Shown: piece after piece, positions 49,901 to 56,405 of the stretch
Numbering within the stretch: position 1 is the stretch's first letter
How the letters are laid out: every line of letters begins with the position of its first letter
Assembly: GCA_030429765.1 (NCBI GenBank)
Contig: JAUIER010000003.1
Span: 144,402 to 208,401, forward strand
DNA length: 64,000 bases
Direction: 5' to 3'
From: a bacterium
Lineage (GTDB): Bacteria; Omnitrophota; Gorgyraeia; Zapsychrales; Zapsychraceae
The notes under the pieces: generated by a model
The model's database searches: none
Seen by the model: only the letters and a program-made list of their open reading frames with translations
What the model was told of the DNA's origin: nothing
Translations under genes and position numbers: made by a program

Positions 49901-52103
49901 GGTTCGTCTTGATGAGGCGGATTGGCTCACGTGGTCTGATCGGCTAAGCGTGGTGGAGCAACTACTAGACACGCTCAAGCAAATGCACGACGTGAATATC
50001 TCGCATGGCGATATTTATGACGGTAACGTCCTGGTGAATCGACAAGGACAAGTTATGCTAATCGACATTGAGGATGGCCAATTTGATGCCTCCGGTGCCG
50101 ACATCAAAAAAGATCTGCAAAACGTCATCGCTCTGCTGCAGGATGTACTGGACATTGACTGGCTTACTTCAGTGAGCGAACAGGATTTAATCGATAGCGG
50201 GTTGCAGGAATTGTTAACGCTGTTACGTCAGCGGGATGACAAGATTTCTACGGCAGTGAATTTATGGCGATCGGTGAGAGCCGTCAACGAATACTTTACA
50301 GGTAGGTCGGATACTCCGGCGGCGGATCGGGCGGCGCTGGCCGGCGATCAACAGATGAGCGGGCTGAATTTTGATCCATCGATTCAGCGATTTGTGCGCG
50401 CGATGGATGGGCGCCGTGTGCGGGATGAATATGGCCGAGAGTATGAGTTAGTATTGGATGTGGTGGATCCACGCCATCGTGTTGTTGACGTGCATCTACA
50501 AACGTCAACGGGGCAGCAAACGGCCAAATACGTCATGAAATTTGTTGTAACGGACAAAGGTGTTCGTTCCGGCGGTCTGGATTTGCAGCGGGTCAGTTTC
50601 GACGGCGGAGTCGGCGGTACGCACATGGATCTGTCAGATATCGGGTTAGGTCGGGCCATCTTCAAATTGTTTGTGGATGGTTTGAGTGGCGGCGAAAAAG
50701 TTTTTGACTCGGTCTACAATATCCAGACGCTGGAAACATTGGCGAGTGATTATTATCTCGATGATAGCGGTCGGGTTCGACGAGTCTTTGACGATCATTT
50801 GGTGATCGACACATTTGACGACGGTGTGCCGGAAGGTCAAATCGGATTGAGCACCGTCTGGGGACAGACTTTGTTGGGGCGTATGTTTAGATCCACGGGG
50901 CTGACATTGTCAGAGTTATCGATTCATAACGGGGAGCGTACCTTGAAAAATTTGGAGGCCCTGCGGTTTATGCTCCGTCATTCGGCCTCGGGATTCGCGC
51001 CGATTTTTGATATCACGTTGACCAAAACATCAAATGAAGAAGCGGATCAGAAACAAGCGGGACGGGAGCTTTACCTTGAATGGATGCAACGTCCCGTGGA
51101 CGGGCGTCTGGCTGCTGAGCGTTATGTCGAAGGGCTGCGGAATATTGGTGAGATGTTTGTGTCAATGCCCCGTTACAGCAAACTCCCGAATATTTTCGGG
51201 CCGTGGATTGCCGATTACTTTAAGCCTGAATCCGTCGAAGCGCAGTACCGTGTCGTGCAGCATTTCAATGATAAGTTGTTGCAGTCAGGTGGTCTTGACC
51301 CGTTGACCCCCAGAGGATTTGAGAACGCGCTGCTCGAGCTTCACTCCAGGCTTGGGGCGGTTAATGATGACATTTCAATCGCGGGACGGATTCACGATGA
51401 CCAAAAGTATGCGCGCTTCCGCGAGGCCATCGAGCGGATGTTCACGCCGGCATTTGCCGCGATTATCAATTCGGGAGATCCGGACGCCGTGTTTGAAGAG
51501 GCTAGTCGAGTGTTTGTCGAGATTTGGTCGTCCCAGGTCTTCCAGAATGGCAATCACCGAATGGCCAGCTTTGTGATGAATTATATCTTGATCCGGGCCG
51601 GCTACCAGCCGTTTTATCTGGATCTGGTCAACGCGTCGGGGTATATCAACATCCTGGACAATGAGCAAATTCAATCGGCCGGAGAATATGAAGACGAATT
51701 GCTGGCCGAAATGCAGGAAGAATTTGCTGCTTTGCTGAAATTCACGATCCTCAAACAGTTGCCGGACGATTCGCGGACGGAAGCGGACGAAGCGATGACC
51801 TCCCAAGATCCGGTCGGGGGGATCAACTTCGATGCGGACTTGATCGATCTAGAGATTCGAGGTGACCATGCTCCCATAGAGTTGCCTTTCAATCCGGATC
51901 AGCTGCAGCAGTTGCGCATTGACGGCTTTAGTCCGGTGATCATCCAGATTGCGCCGGTGACAAACCTTCCGTTGCTGCTGGGGTTGCGGCCCGACGGCCC
52001 GGATTCTGAATCTGATAGAAGCACGGCTCAAATGGTTCAAGGTCCGGTGCAGCCATTCGCGGATCCACGTCGATATGAGACGGATTCTGTGGCAAAGAAA
52101 TAA
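40908..52103 (+). CDS. giant mosaic protein (3731 aa), no single-family assignment
   Basis: Uninterrupted 11,196-nt ORF on the same strand as neighbouring genes. Multiple recognisable domain signatures (see sub-features). ORF-track antisense ORFs inside it are all short. Confidence 0.85.
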   Translation: MSTEHSINNLLWIRRVVAHVLVVAMVVTTVWPASIVHAVQPATISHLPVPGTMVSVSPGYQPMALTGVRIYPANPLQFDFIIDPGDSQLDDQATQSASERLIKYFLTALTIPKNDVWVNLSPHQQDRVIPEHLAHTDMGRDMLSQDYLLKQLSASMLYPERDLGAAFWENIRRRAYQQFGSTDIPVRTFNKVWIVPDKAVVYEQQDAAFVVESRLRVMLESDYQAYLSSRNVSDAAGSSDQSTEQQIDQLTSDMIRDLIIPEIEKEINEGRQFAALRQIYQSMILATWYRRNLTQTLLSQLYVGQSKIAGVDIAEKDIKDKIYQQYLKAFKAGVYNYIREDIDPATRQVVPRQYVSGGLTMDVDKVFRTFNDVDTARQLNARLTDADQALLSARVVLNPEGQGSVQDLSAQLDDWLERLKSSTTDASMTADPDAPARLLAGEVISISAADIPLRAEAIAEVIEMYEADHEDELAAEDVTEEQIYAVTYRRLNSRAVQGLEAFLNQAVRLHREARPLSILFEGENFLHLAELIDNATDALRQRYQQNIRRAEIRFEILEYDRHIELQILDNGIGWTETGSKDFLSLGGLGTALHEAKKTFWEQNIDLNVSPRRDQQGAAVAIRIPKSDISIEDLFGAESAAAYFDLTTNPLAQMAPSAILVHPYISDSIYVDKMKGFDRALILFNKNYPSTPRLAAIDNVKTLVSRDGRYNSAVDMGDRVVFLGGHCRQCLSQAILQTAERAFKSGDEFRAILPTDGIYTTADLVSVGEQDPERAVLLEDVLSGLTPMDGSRFAYLTKEIKSSLMAAYAKDGLDQLSIIVESDGQREFVVEAGRERRRLILEFVGPQDRAMLVPDKGYGFKRGPLKANLKPYAQQLRVTFDRLSFGFLTAGELDALVNAVMKIRADSMAARPEFFGALPHRLTDQTARETFMSRILQQRTLYQERTNTDGSRMFSETDIHGMLFQKLIPISWLDQLMTDGLNRSQAMTIVTGWSDPLGVWTTEFKPLVEEFVSQGLSRTEAVSIILQWKNPKARWEKYLKPVRDELVRDGLSPTTATRVVIRWTNPDQKWSQELKPIRGQLIDRGMSLGDATDAVISWSYPLERYDAVQQSIALLAADSVILTGRIREIFWEHNYQGVLERLIQQPGVSRSKALDYAQPIKDFEERYLADRAMLFDAETEAKLDAPLSENLYFSERLQTVFRRNGLITHRDLTSMTAIEFTRLPEIGDILSVEAEQTLEQDGLTFGMTKSGLRVWLPTLYQTLRSDPVLGTKKRLMIILEDRGIEKFGDLVKYSYSDLVNMPGINWSSAMILEQRLQAHGLTLGVGKWVRKLQSLEDRAMLSDVPSLKFVKLVLPELNRQVNMSAIGRRVRTFRTDRSETQTQTSQRSGVKYATYLTLERGARADTDLKNMILLRNHFGTSLSVLVDGQASAFDTSGPILFDAIAPVVANNLVLLRTAMGLTLKELAAHVGMSSEYLVRIESGDLGEMTLQNIVSLSETFGIHPEVFISRKLELADMIEIISDTDQFRQLPETLDASRRREIGSRIAILRRLRQLTQEDVAVRLGITPDQLGKLENGRLQQLNVEFFVKLQSILDASVYFLLTGKENGHSRVELDVERVRQDFGENLIVLQEFFGMTYKTFAEKLGIPTRTLTTLKNGGLYQLEHINRVARRTRVPIHILLGSSAAFRDYLDGHSQRVLNANVPEQLDAEQVRRSLRLHLEAQGRSDQELLDYVSQYHTNDLTKFLSGKSQTVSLKTLLLAANFLGTNFLNVLTGSLWNGNVELETPAYMVSRMDRELYRAMQSIIHEQGRTDTVSSSAGLPSINVFLEFIHATDSSVEEVLRQAERDPVQDLLMNWGRVRKNSLEDAAMISTTLRARNARLREEYALQRLYQPSDRIEIVQAEYFSAFFRQNDIDIAAFARRADVPEWMVYDLLEGRELELAESIRVLKALYEVATLQEALEMHAFTYRYWQEHRGEADQQPLLNAQLIRERHNARTESSAYSPSPEALEVLMVHDIREAYTGTGSRRLNLTRFLSSADLSRGHLKYNFPMPDGSMLKRQLSMRVGTALDHVEMIIHKKADKMSGVSFLGYKLSSEGQYRRHRVSYFEYVNGIFEHQRATPEFVRQDRAMMSVPEFLFDADQLQYLGLPMPEFLRRAEVHERVKSMVEEAVDYTADDPALARRNREHARRSMPGIIIDLRNFDLPYSHLEVHDYEDGFMFFIPEGDRMLIHPYIDDVIELLGLLNGDEVEGEYPQASENDRLEPGYWNQWQRSSDWKTYVDEIHPTVASAVSHVLDRIKSQDKQIRVVDIFAGEGNFVQHLSGVLKQAHEDVNVAYEVIEGNPSNYRRALDRLSSNGNVTVHPPTDMLDITSLKDILRGSPDIVTALGGLNVSVISREDARKVAQMVFDVLRPGGFFVVSGLTPSLLHADDFRAMGYRIYNQTIPQNFYSRYQPVEVYILQKDAAMLGDTEADKHLKYLIQMIAGELGEDYVEAEEDEDLEGMARDRLMELSLQQRADFYALRGADVFGELIRRPLGSHRDDFDAELGMYTNLRLLGEMLGMTEGFVDFGNTMDPLQLPRLQERVEPWRELVRYVASAEDYATIRREIQQLAGMIDAPRVNEILQRSGLSRYEPEFWFVHLKSIGRMDDVWFDHFHKLAELFYKAFGATFDIGTETEEHTAGPDIFERVIELIVRSTKADPADLETFFADENPDVIALLYVITYGKAPDIHAVRFLYHGSPLVNIDQMIYDSDGMVDFRRGERKLDTNYLSFNPDVSQSYAQDDGLILEFDVAALLALPNKYILGPEIESEEITTTDPIPFTALTTRSKLEVAVKFWKDDAELDLALARALGFLSIVELQKFMRSADPAMLAPLEGDDDDYVENARALEAAIFENHFVSGVEYTALQEFWQESLEFFDESRADYVSERRRVYMDGQQNGEFTVVSRQQGDQAIADALRRAALWHRLNQRNVAGIPRLLSMGLTEDGYMWMRLRGIANAVRLDEADWLTWSDRLSVVEQLLDTLKQMHDVNISHGDIYDGNVLVNRQGQVMLIDIEDGQFDASGADIKKDLQNVIALLQDVLDIDWLTSVSEQDLIDSGLQELLTLLRQRDDKISTAVNLWRSVRAVNEYFTGRSDTPAADRAALAGDQQMSGLNFDPSIQRFVRAMDGRRVRDEYGREYELVLDVVDPRHRVVDVHLQTSTGQQTAKYVMKFVVTDKGVRSGGLDLQRVSFDGGVGGTHMDLSDIGLGRAIFKLFVDGLSGGEKVFDSVYNIQTLETLASDYYLDDSGRVRRVFDDHLVIDTFDDGVPEGQIGLSTVWGQTLLGRMFRSTGLTLSELSIHNGERTLKNLEALRFMLRHSASGFAPIFDITLTKTSNEEADQKQAGRELYLEWMQRPVDGRLAAERYVEGLRNIGEMFVSMPRYSKLPNIFGPWIADYFKPESVEAQYRVVQHFNDKLLQSGGLDPLTPRGFENALLELHSRLGAVNDDISIAGRIHDDQKYARFREAIERMFTPAFAAIINSGDPDAVFEEASRVFVEIWSSQVFQNGNHRMASFVMNYILIRAGYQPFYLDLVNASGYINILDNEQIQSAGEYEDELLAEMQEEFAALLKFTILKQLPDDSRTEADEAMTSQDPVGGINFDADLIDLEIRGDHAPIELPFNPDQLQQLRIDGFSPVIIQIAPVTNLPLLLGLRPDGPDSESDRSTAQMVQGPVQPFADPRRYETDSVAKK
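40938..41030 (+). other. giant ORF: N-terminal hydrophobic signal/anchor segment
   Basis: LLWIRRVVAHVLVVAMVVTTVWPASIVHA. Confidence 0.6.
41200..41600 (+). other. giant ORF: unassigned conserved-looking N-terminal globular region
   Basis: IPKNDVWVNLSP...GRDMLSQDYLLKQL...VWIVPDKAVVYE...ESRLRVMLESDY. No family recognised. Confidence 0.3.
42440..42790 (+). other. giant ORF: GHKL (HATPase_c)-like ATPase region
   Basis: N-box ELIDNATDA, D-box ILDNGIGW, G-box GGLGTAL. Confidence 0.6.
43842..44260 (+). repeat. giant ORF: four tandem 35-aa (105-nt) repeats
   Basis: GLNRSQAMTIVTGWSDPLGVWTTEFKPLVEEFVSQ / GLSRTEAVSIILQWKNPKARWEKYLKPVRDELVRD / GLSPTTATRVVIRWTNPDQKWSQELKPIRGQLIDR / GMSLGDATDAVISWSYPLERYDAVQQSIALL. 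Confidence 0.7.
44470..44885 (+). other. giant ORF: two RNA polymerase alpha-subunit CTD-like (HhH) modules
   Basis: ERLQTVFRRNGLITHRDL...LPEIGDILSVEAEQTLEQDGLTFG and KKRLMIILEDRGIEKFGDLV...MPGINWSSAMILEQRLQAHGLTLG, compared with the alphaCTD pattern RS.N.L......DL....N.G.KS..EI...L...GL.LG. Confidence 0.5.
45060..46770 (+). other. giant ORF: cluster of at least five XRE-family helix-turn-helix modules
   Basis: LRTAMGLTLKELAAHVGMSSEYLVRIESGD, LRRLRQLTQEDVAVRLGITPDQLGKLENGR, LQEFFGMTYKTFAEKLGIPTRTLTTLKNGG plus two weaker copies. Confidence 0.6.
47730..48300 (+). other. giant ORF: SAM-dependent methyltransferase-like region
   Basis: Motif I VVDIFAGEGNF and post-II LRPGGFFVVSG. Confidence 0.5.
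49750..50180 (+). other. giant ORF: aminoglycoside-phosphotransferase / protein-kinase-like region
   Basis: HGDIYDGNVLV (catalytic-loop-like) and IDIED (DFG-equivalent-like). Confidence 0.45.
51400..51670 (+). other. giant ORF: Fic/Doc-like region with Q in place of the motif His
   Basis: QVFQNGNHRMASFVMNYILIRAGYQPF vs canonical HPFx(D/E)GNGRxxR...L...G.P. Confidence 0.5.
51810..51990 (+). other. giant ORF: conserved C-terminal tail shared with ORF 1-269
   Basis: See finding; >25 aligned identities/similarities over ~58 aa. Confidence 0.7.
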
Positions 52104-52149
52104 TTTTTTTGTGCCGTATGCCGTGGAATTATGTTAAAATCGACAACGT

Positions 52150-52779
52150 ATGCGTTGGACGACAATCAGTCTAAGTCTTGTAATTCTCTTATCCACATAT
52201 GGTTGCGGTTGGATGAAAATGCCTTCCTGGCGGCCGTTCCAAAACGATAAAGCCGTGGCCCCGGTTGAAGAGGTGGTGGTTGCTTCAGTGGCCGAGGAGC
52301 CAATTCCCTTAAAGCCAGGTCAGGCCGAAGGTCGGGTGATTCGACCCGGGCGATTGGCTGAAGGCGGGCGAATTTTGCTCGTCCCATTTCGGGCAGGCGA
52401 ATCGGTGGTGGCCTCCGAAGAGCTGGATAAGATTGCCTACCGGGTGATGCAGGGGATCAGCAATTCATTGGGCGAGAATCCACCATATTTCGACATCATG
52501 ATCAATGATGAGACCGAGCTGCCCGACTACTACATAACCGGCTATTTTGTTGAAAAGCGTCAATCTCCCGGATTTATCAAGGCGCTCAGGTTACGTCAGG
52601 GATTTATTCTCGGGGTTGAGGGCAAGCTGGTCGACGCGAATACGCAGGAAGTGTTGGCGACGTTTAATGATGAAGTCGTTTCATCCAGGCCCGGCGAGGA
52701 TTTTATTCATTTGGGATTTCAGTTAGGTCACAACATCGGCGAGTTTTTACACCGAAATATTAACGCGTCAAGCGAATAG
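52150..52779 (+). CDS. hypothetical secreted/lipoprotein
   Basis: N-terminal hydrophobic segment ending in Cys (LLSTYGC). Confidence 0.55.
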   Translation: MRWTTISLSLVILLSTYGCGWMKMPSWRPFQNDKAVAPVEEVVVASVAEEPIPLKPGQAEGRVIRPGRLAEGGRILLVPFRAGESVVASEELDKIAYRVMQGISNSLGENPPYFDIMINDETELPDYYITGYFVEKRQSPGFIKALRLRQGFILGVEGKLVDANTQEVLATFNDEVVSSRPGEDFIHLGFQLGHNIGEFLHRNINASSE

Positions 52780-52789
52780 GAACCCTCAC

Positions 52790-53755
52790 ATGATGATAGT
52801 CACCGGCGCTGCCGGATTCATCGGCAGTTGCGTGGTCGCGCGGCTGAACGAAGACAAGCACGAAGATCTCATCCTTGTTGATCACATGCCCGACGATTCC
52901 AAGGCCGGTAATCTGGCGGGAAAGTCGTATCAAGAATTTTTGGATAAAACCGATTTTATCAAGCTCGTTGAACAAGACGAGGTTAAAACGCCGGTTGAAA
53001 CCGTCATCCATATGGGAGCCTGCAGTTCAACAACCCTGCAGGACGCGGAGTACTTTAAGACGAACAATCTCGAATATACACGGACTCTCGCCCAGTGGTG
53101 TCTGAAGCACGACGTCCGTTTTATTTACGCTAGTTCAGCGGCGACCTATGGTGACGGGAGTCATGGCTACAAGGACGATGACGCGACAGTCCGCAAATGC
53201 CGTCCGCTGAACTTGTACGGCTACTCCAAACAGGATTTTGATTTGTGGGCCCTTGAGCAGGGACTTTTAGACCGTATGGTCGGGCTCAAGTTTTTTAATG
53301 TGTTTGGTCCGAACGAGTATCATAAAGGCGACATGCGCAGTGTCGTGGCCAAGGCGTATCAAAAGGTCGCGGATGAGGGCGAGATCCAGCTGTTCAAGTC
53401 CTACAAGGAGCCATATACCGACGGCGAGCAGATGCGCGATTTTGTGTACGTCAAAGACGCGGTTGATATGCTGATGTTTTTTGTGGGTCGTCCTGAGGTG
53501 AATGGAATTTTTAACATCGGGACAGGGACAGCGCGGTCATGGAATGATCTGGCGCGGGCCTTGTTTCAGGCGGTGGGACGTGAACCGCATATCGAGTACA
53601 TCGAGATGCCGGAGACATTGCGCGATAAGTATCAGTACTTCACGGAGGCGGACATGAGCAAGATCCGGCAAGCGGGTTACACCAAGGAACCGCGATCGCT
53701 GGAAGATTCGGTCAAAGATTACGCAGGATATCTCAAGAGGCATAACTATTGGTAG
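52790..53755 (+). CDS. hldD: ADP-L-glycero-D-manno-heptose 6-epimerase
   Basis: IVTGAAGFIGS...YASSAATYG...YGYSK layout typical of HldD/RfaD. Confidence 0.88.
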   Translation: MMIVTGAAGFIGSCVVARLNEDKHEDLILVDHMPDDSKAGNLAGKSYQEFLDKTDFIKLVEQDEVKTPVETVIHMGACSSTTLQDAEYFKTNNLEYTRTLAQWCLKHDVRFIYASSAATYGDGSHGYKDDDATVRKCRPLNLYGYSKQDFDLWALEQGLLDRMVGLKFFNVFGPNEYHKGDMRSVVAKAYQKVADEGEIQLFKSYKEPYTDGEQMRDFVYVKDAVDMLMFFVGRPEVNGIFNIGTGTARSWNDLARALFQAVGREPHIEYIEMPETLRDKYQYFTEADMSKIRQAGYTKEPRSLEDSVKDYAGYLKRHNYW

Positions 53756-53779
53756 ACGGCTGAAAGACGGGAGAATCGT

Positions 53780-55468
53780 ATGGAAGTGATACATCTAATT
53801 GTTACGGCTTTGATATTGTTTATGAGCGGTTCCGCCTTGGTTTACAGCGGATACAGTCAGGATGAAAAAGACAACGAGGAATCAGATGATGATATCGTTC
53901 CCATCTCTGATCCGGAAGAAATTCAGGAATTCAAAGAGCAGTATGCCCCTGAAGCCAAGAATGCCGAATCCGTAGTAGCTGACGAGACAGCCGAAGATGA
54001 AGTGGAATTGCCGGTCCTCAAGCTTTCCGATGACGAGCCGTCACCGGCGTCGGATGTGCTGACATCTGCCGATGAATCACAAGATGAGTCATCGCCCGAG
54101 CTCGACGAGGAGCGGCCGTCACTGAATCTGACACCCGTCGCGGAATCAACCGTGACCGAGATACAGGATACTACTGAGCCGGATACTCCGACAGATGTGA
54201 ACCCGCAGCAGCAGTTACTCGAAGATCAATTGCGTGATCTTCGGTTGCAGATCGATGAGCAGGCGCGGGAGGCCAATCAAAAGATCCAGGACCTGACCCA
54301 ATCCAAACAAGATCTGGAGCGAGCGCTCGAAGAGGAACGAGCCAAGAGTCATTCATCCGCCGAGCCGTCGGTCGATGAAGAACAGCTTAAACAGCAGGCT
54401 GAGCGTCTGACCCAGGCCGAGGGGTCTGTGGTCCGACTAACCGGTGAGAACAGTCGCCTACTCGAACAGGTCAAGGAGCAGACAGATTCCATGGAGGCGC
54501 TAAAGGGGGAGATTGACGCGCTCAAAAACGCGCCGGCCCAACCAAGGGCTGAAGATCAGGCGCGTATCGATGAATTGCAGGCGCAGTTGACCCAGGTCAA
54601 TCAATCACAGTCCGAAGAGTTGGGGCGGGTACAGGCCGAACAGGAACGACTGAAACAAGAATTGGATGGCGCTCGGCAAGAGCTGGAAGCAGAACGCCAA
54701 AAACTAGCGGCCGCGAACGACAATAAGTCGGAAGAGCTCAAACAGCAATTCGAATCGCAACGCACGGAGCTGGAACAGGAAAATCAGCGCCTGGCACAGC
54801 AGGTGGCGGATCACAACGCACAGATTGTCCGGCTTCAGGAAGAGACGGAAAAATTACGGGAAGAGTCTCGCGTGCTGCGTGAACAAGAGGGGCTCAAGAC
54901 CGAGGCGTTACAGGCGGAGATCAATCAGCAAAAAGAACAGCTGCATGCCGAACGTCAGGCCGACGTAGCGGCGATTGATAAACTCAAGAATGAAAAGCAG
55001 TCATTGCTCGACGCTGAGGCCAAGGACAAGGCGACGATTGCGGCGCTTGAGCATCGAATTAATGAGATGAACCAAAGTCTTCAGGAAGAGATTAATAAGG
55101 CCAAACAAAGAGCGCTGAGTGACGCCTCCGAGGAAAAACGAAAACTGGCCAACGATTTAACGGCCATGGAAGAAAAAATGGCCTTCTCAAAGATTACCTA
55201 CGAACAGAAAATCATTGATCTCAACTCGGAACTGTACAAAATCAAAAGCACAATGCCCGCAGAGGGAACAGGTACGGCCCAGCAAGTCGAGTCCCTTGAG
55301 GCTGAGCTGAAGAAACTCAAAGATACGAATTCACATCTCTTGGAAAAAGAAAGAACGCTGGTTTACGAGCTCTCAAAAAGCCGGGCGCAGGCCGCAGGGC
55401 TTGAGAAGATCTGTCAGGACTTTAAACGGCAAATGATGGAAGCCGCCAAGGCCAGGAACAAGTCGTAA
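53780..55468 (+). CDS. membrane-anchored acidic coiled-coil protein
   Basis: N-terminal TM, D/E-rich stretch, then ~400 aa of Q/E/L/R/K-rich heptad-like sequence. Confidence 0.65.
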   Translation: MEVIHLIVTALILFMSGSALVYSGYSQDEKDNEESDDDIVPISDPEEIQEFKEQYAPEAKNAESVVADETAEDEVELPVLKLSDDEPSPASDVLTSADESQDESSPELDEERPSLNLTPVAESTVTEIQDTTEPDTPTDVNPQQQLLEDQLRDLRLQIDEQAREANQKIQDLTQSKQDLERALEEERAKSHSSAEPSVDEEQLKQQAERLTQAEGSVVRLTGENSRLLEQVKEQTDSMEALKGEIDALKNAPAQPRAEDQARIDELQAQLTQVNQSQSEELGRVQAEQERLKQELDGARQELEAERQKLAAANDNKSEELKQQFESQRTELEQENQRLAQQVADHNAQIVRLQEETEKLREESRVLREQEGLKTEALQAEINQQKEQLHAERQADVAAIDKLKNEKQSLLDAEAKDKATIAALEHRINEMNQSLQEEINKAKQRALSDASEEKRKLANDLTAMEEKMAFSKITYEQKIIDLNSELYKIKSTMPAEGTGTAQQVESLEAELKKLKDTNSHLLEKERTLVYELSKSRAQAAGLEKICQDFKRQMMEAAKARNKS

Positions 55469-55484
55469 CGAAAGGAAGGCACGC

Positions 55485-55949
55485 ATGGCGGCTTCAGGGA
55501 ATAACCAGAATATAGCTATGGAAATTTTAGTTGAGGACATCATGACCGACCGGGTGGAAACGATCAAACCGGACATGCTGATCGGCCAGTTGGCGCACAT
55601 CATGTTGCGGCGCGGGTTCAACGGTTTTCCCGTCGTCGAGGAAGACGATAAACTCATCGGGATTGTTACATTTACGGATCTATTTCATTTGCTGCATGGG
55701 GTCGACCATGATCTGTTCTATGAAACCGCGGAAACGCTTCATCAGAAGATTCAGCAAGTCAAATCCTGGCCGGTCTCCCGGATCATGACCGATAACGTCA
55801 CAACCGTGACGCCTCAAACCACCTTAAATCAAGTAATCGAAATGGTCTCCACCAAAAAGATTCATACGTTTCCCGTCTTACAAGACGGAAAGCTCGTCGG
55901 AATCCTCGGGCGCGAAGACGTCCTGAATGCGACCTTTTCCTACGGTTAG
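55485..55949 (+). CDS. CBS-pair domain protein
   Basis: Two CBS-like modules (..GFNGFPVVEEDDKLIGIVTFTDL.. and ..IHTFPVLQDGKLVGILGREDVL..). Confidence 0.8.
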   Translation: MAASGNNQNIAMEILVEDIMTDRVETIKPDMLIGQLAHIMLRRGFNGFPVVEEDDKLIGIVTFTDLFHLLHGVDHDLFYETAETLHQKIQQVKSWPVSRIMTDNVTTVTPQTTLNQVIEMVSTKKIHTFPVLQDGKLVGILGREDVLNATFSYG

Positions 55950-55959
55950 GCTCTCAATT

Positions 55960-56391
55960 ATGAAACGAAACTTTTTTCACGTTATCCTCGCCCTCAGTCT
56001 GCTGACACTCACCGGGTGCGAGACATTCAAGGTAATACTGGGAACTTCGACGCGTCACCTGGAGCGCGCCAGAGCGGAGGCCATTACACGCGGTTATGAC
56101 TGCACGTTTCGCGAATGTTTTGATGCTGTATTGAGCCTATCCCGAAACGAGGTGATGGCGGATCCGAAGATCGGCGAACGGCCTTTTGAAGTCTTTATCA
56201 AAGATCGCGTCAAAGGTTACATCGTCGTGATGGGAATTGCCGGCAATATTGAGACAACTGAAGTGGGGATTTTCCTGACGGAAGTCACCGGCGGAACCAA
56301 GATCGAGTTGTCATCCTTGAGTTCTTCGGCCAAAGAGAAGGCGGCGGAAGCCTTATTCCGGGAATTAAGTCTGCGTTTCAACCAAATCTAA
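55960..56391 (+). CDS. hypothetical lipoprotein
   Basis: MKRNFFHVILALSLLTLTGC with a canonical lipobox. Confidence 0.55.
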   Translation: MKRNFFHVILALSLLTLTGCETFKVILGTSTRHLERARAEAITRGYDCTFRECFDAVLSLSRNEVMADPKIGERPFEVFIKDRVKGYIVVMGIAGNIETTEVGIFLTEVTGGTKIELSSLSSSAKEKAAEALFRELSLRFNQI

Positions 56392-56405
56392 TCCAGAGTC
56401 AATTT

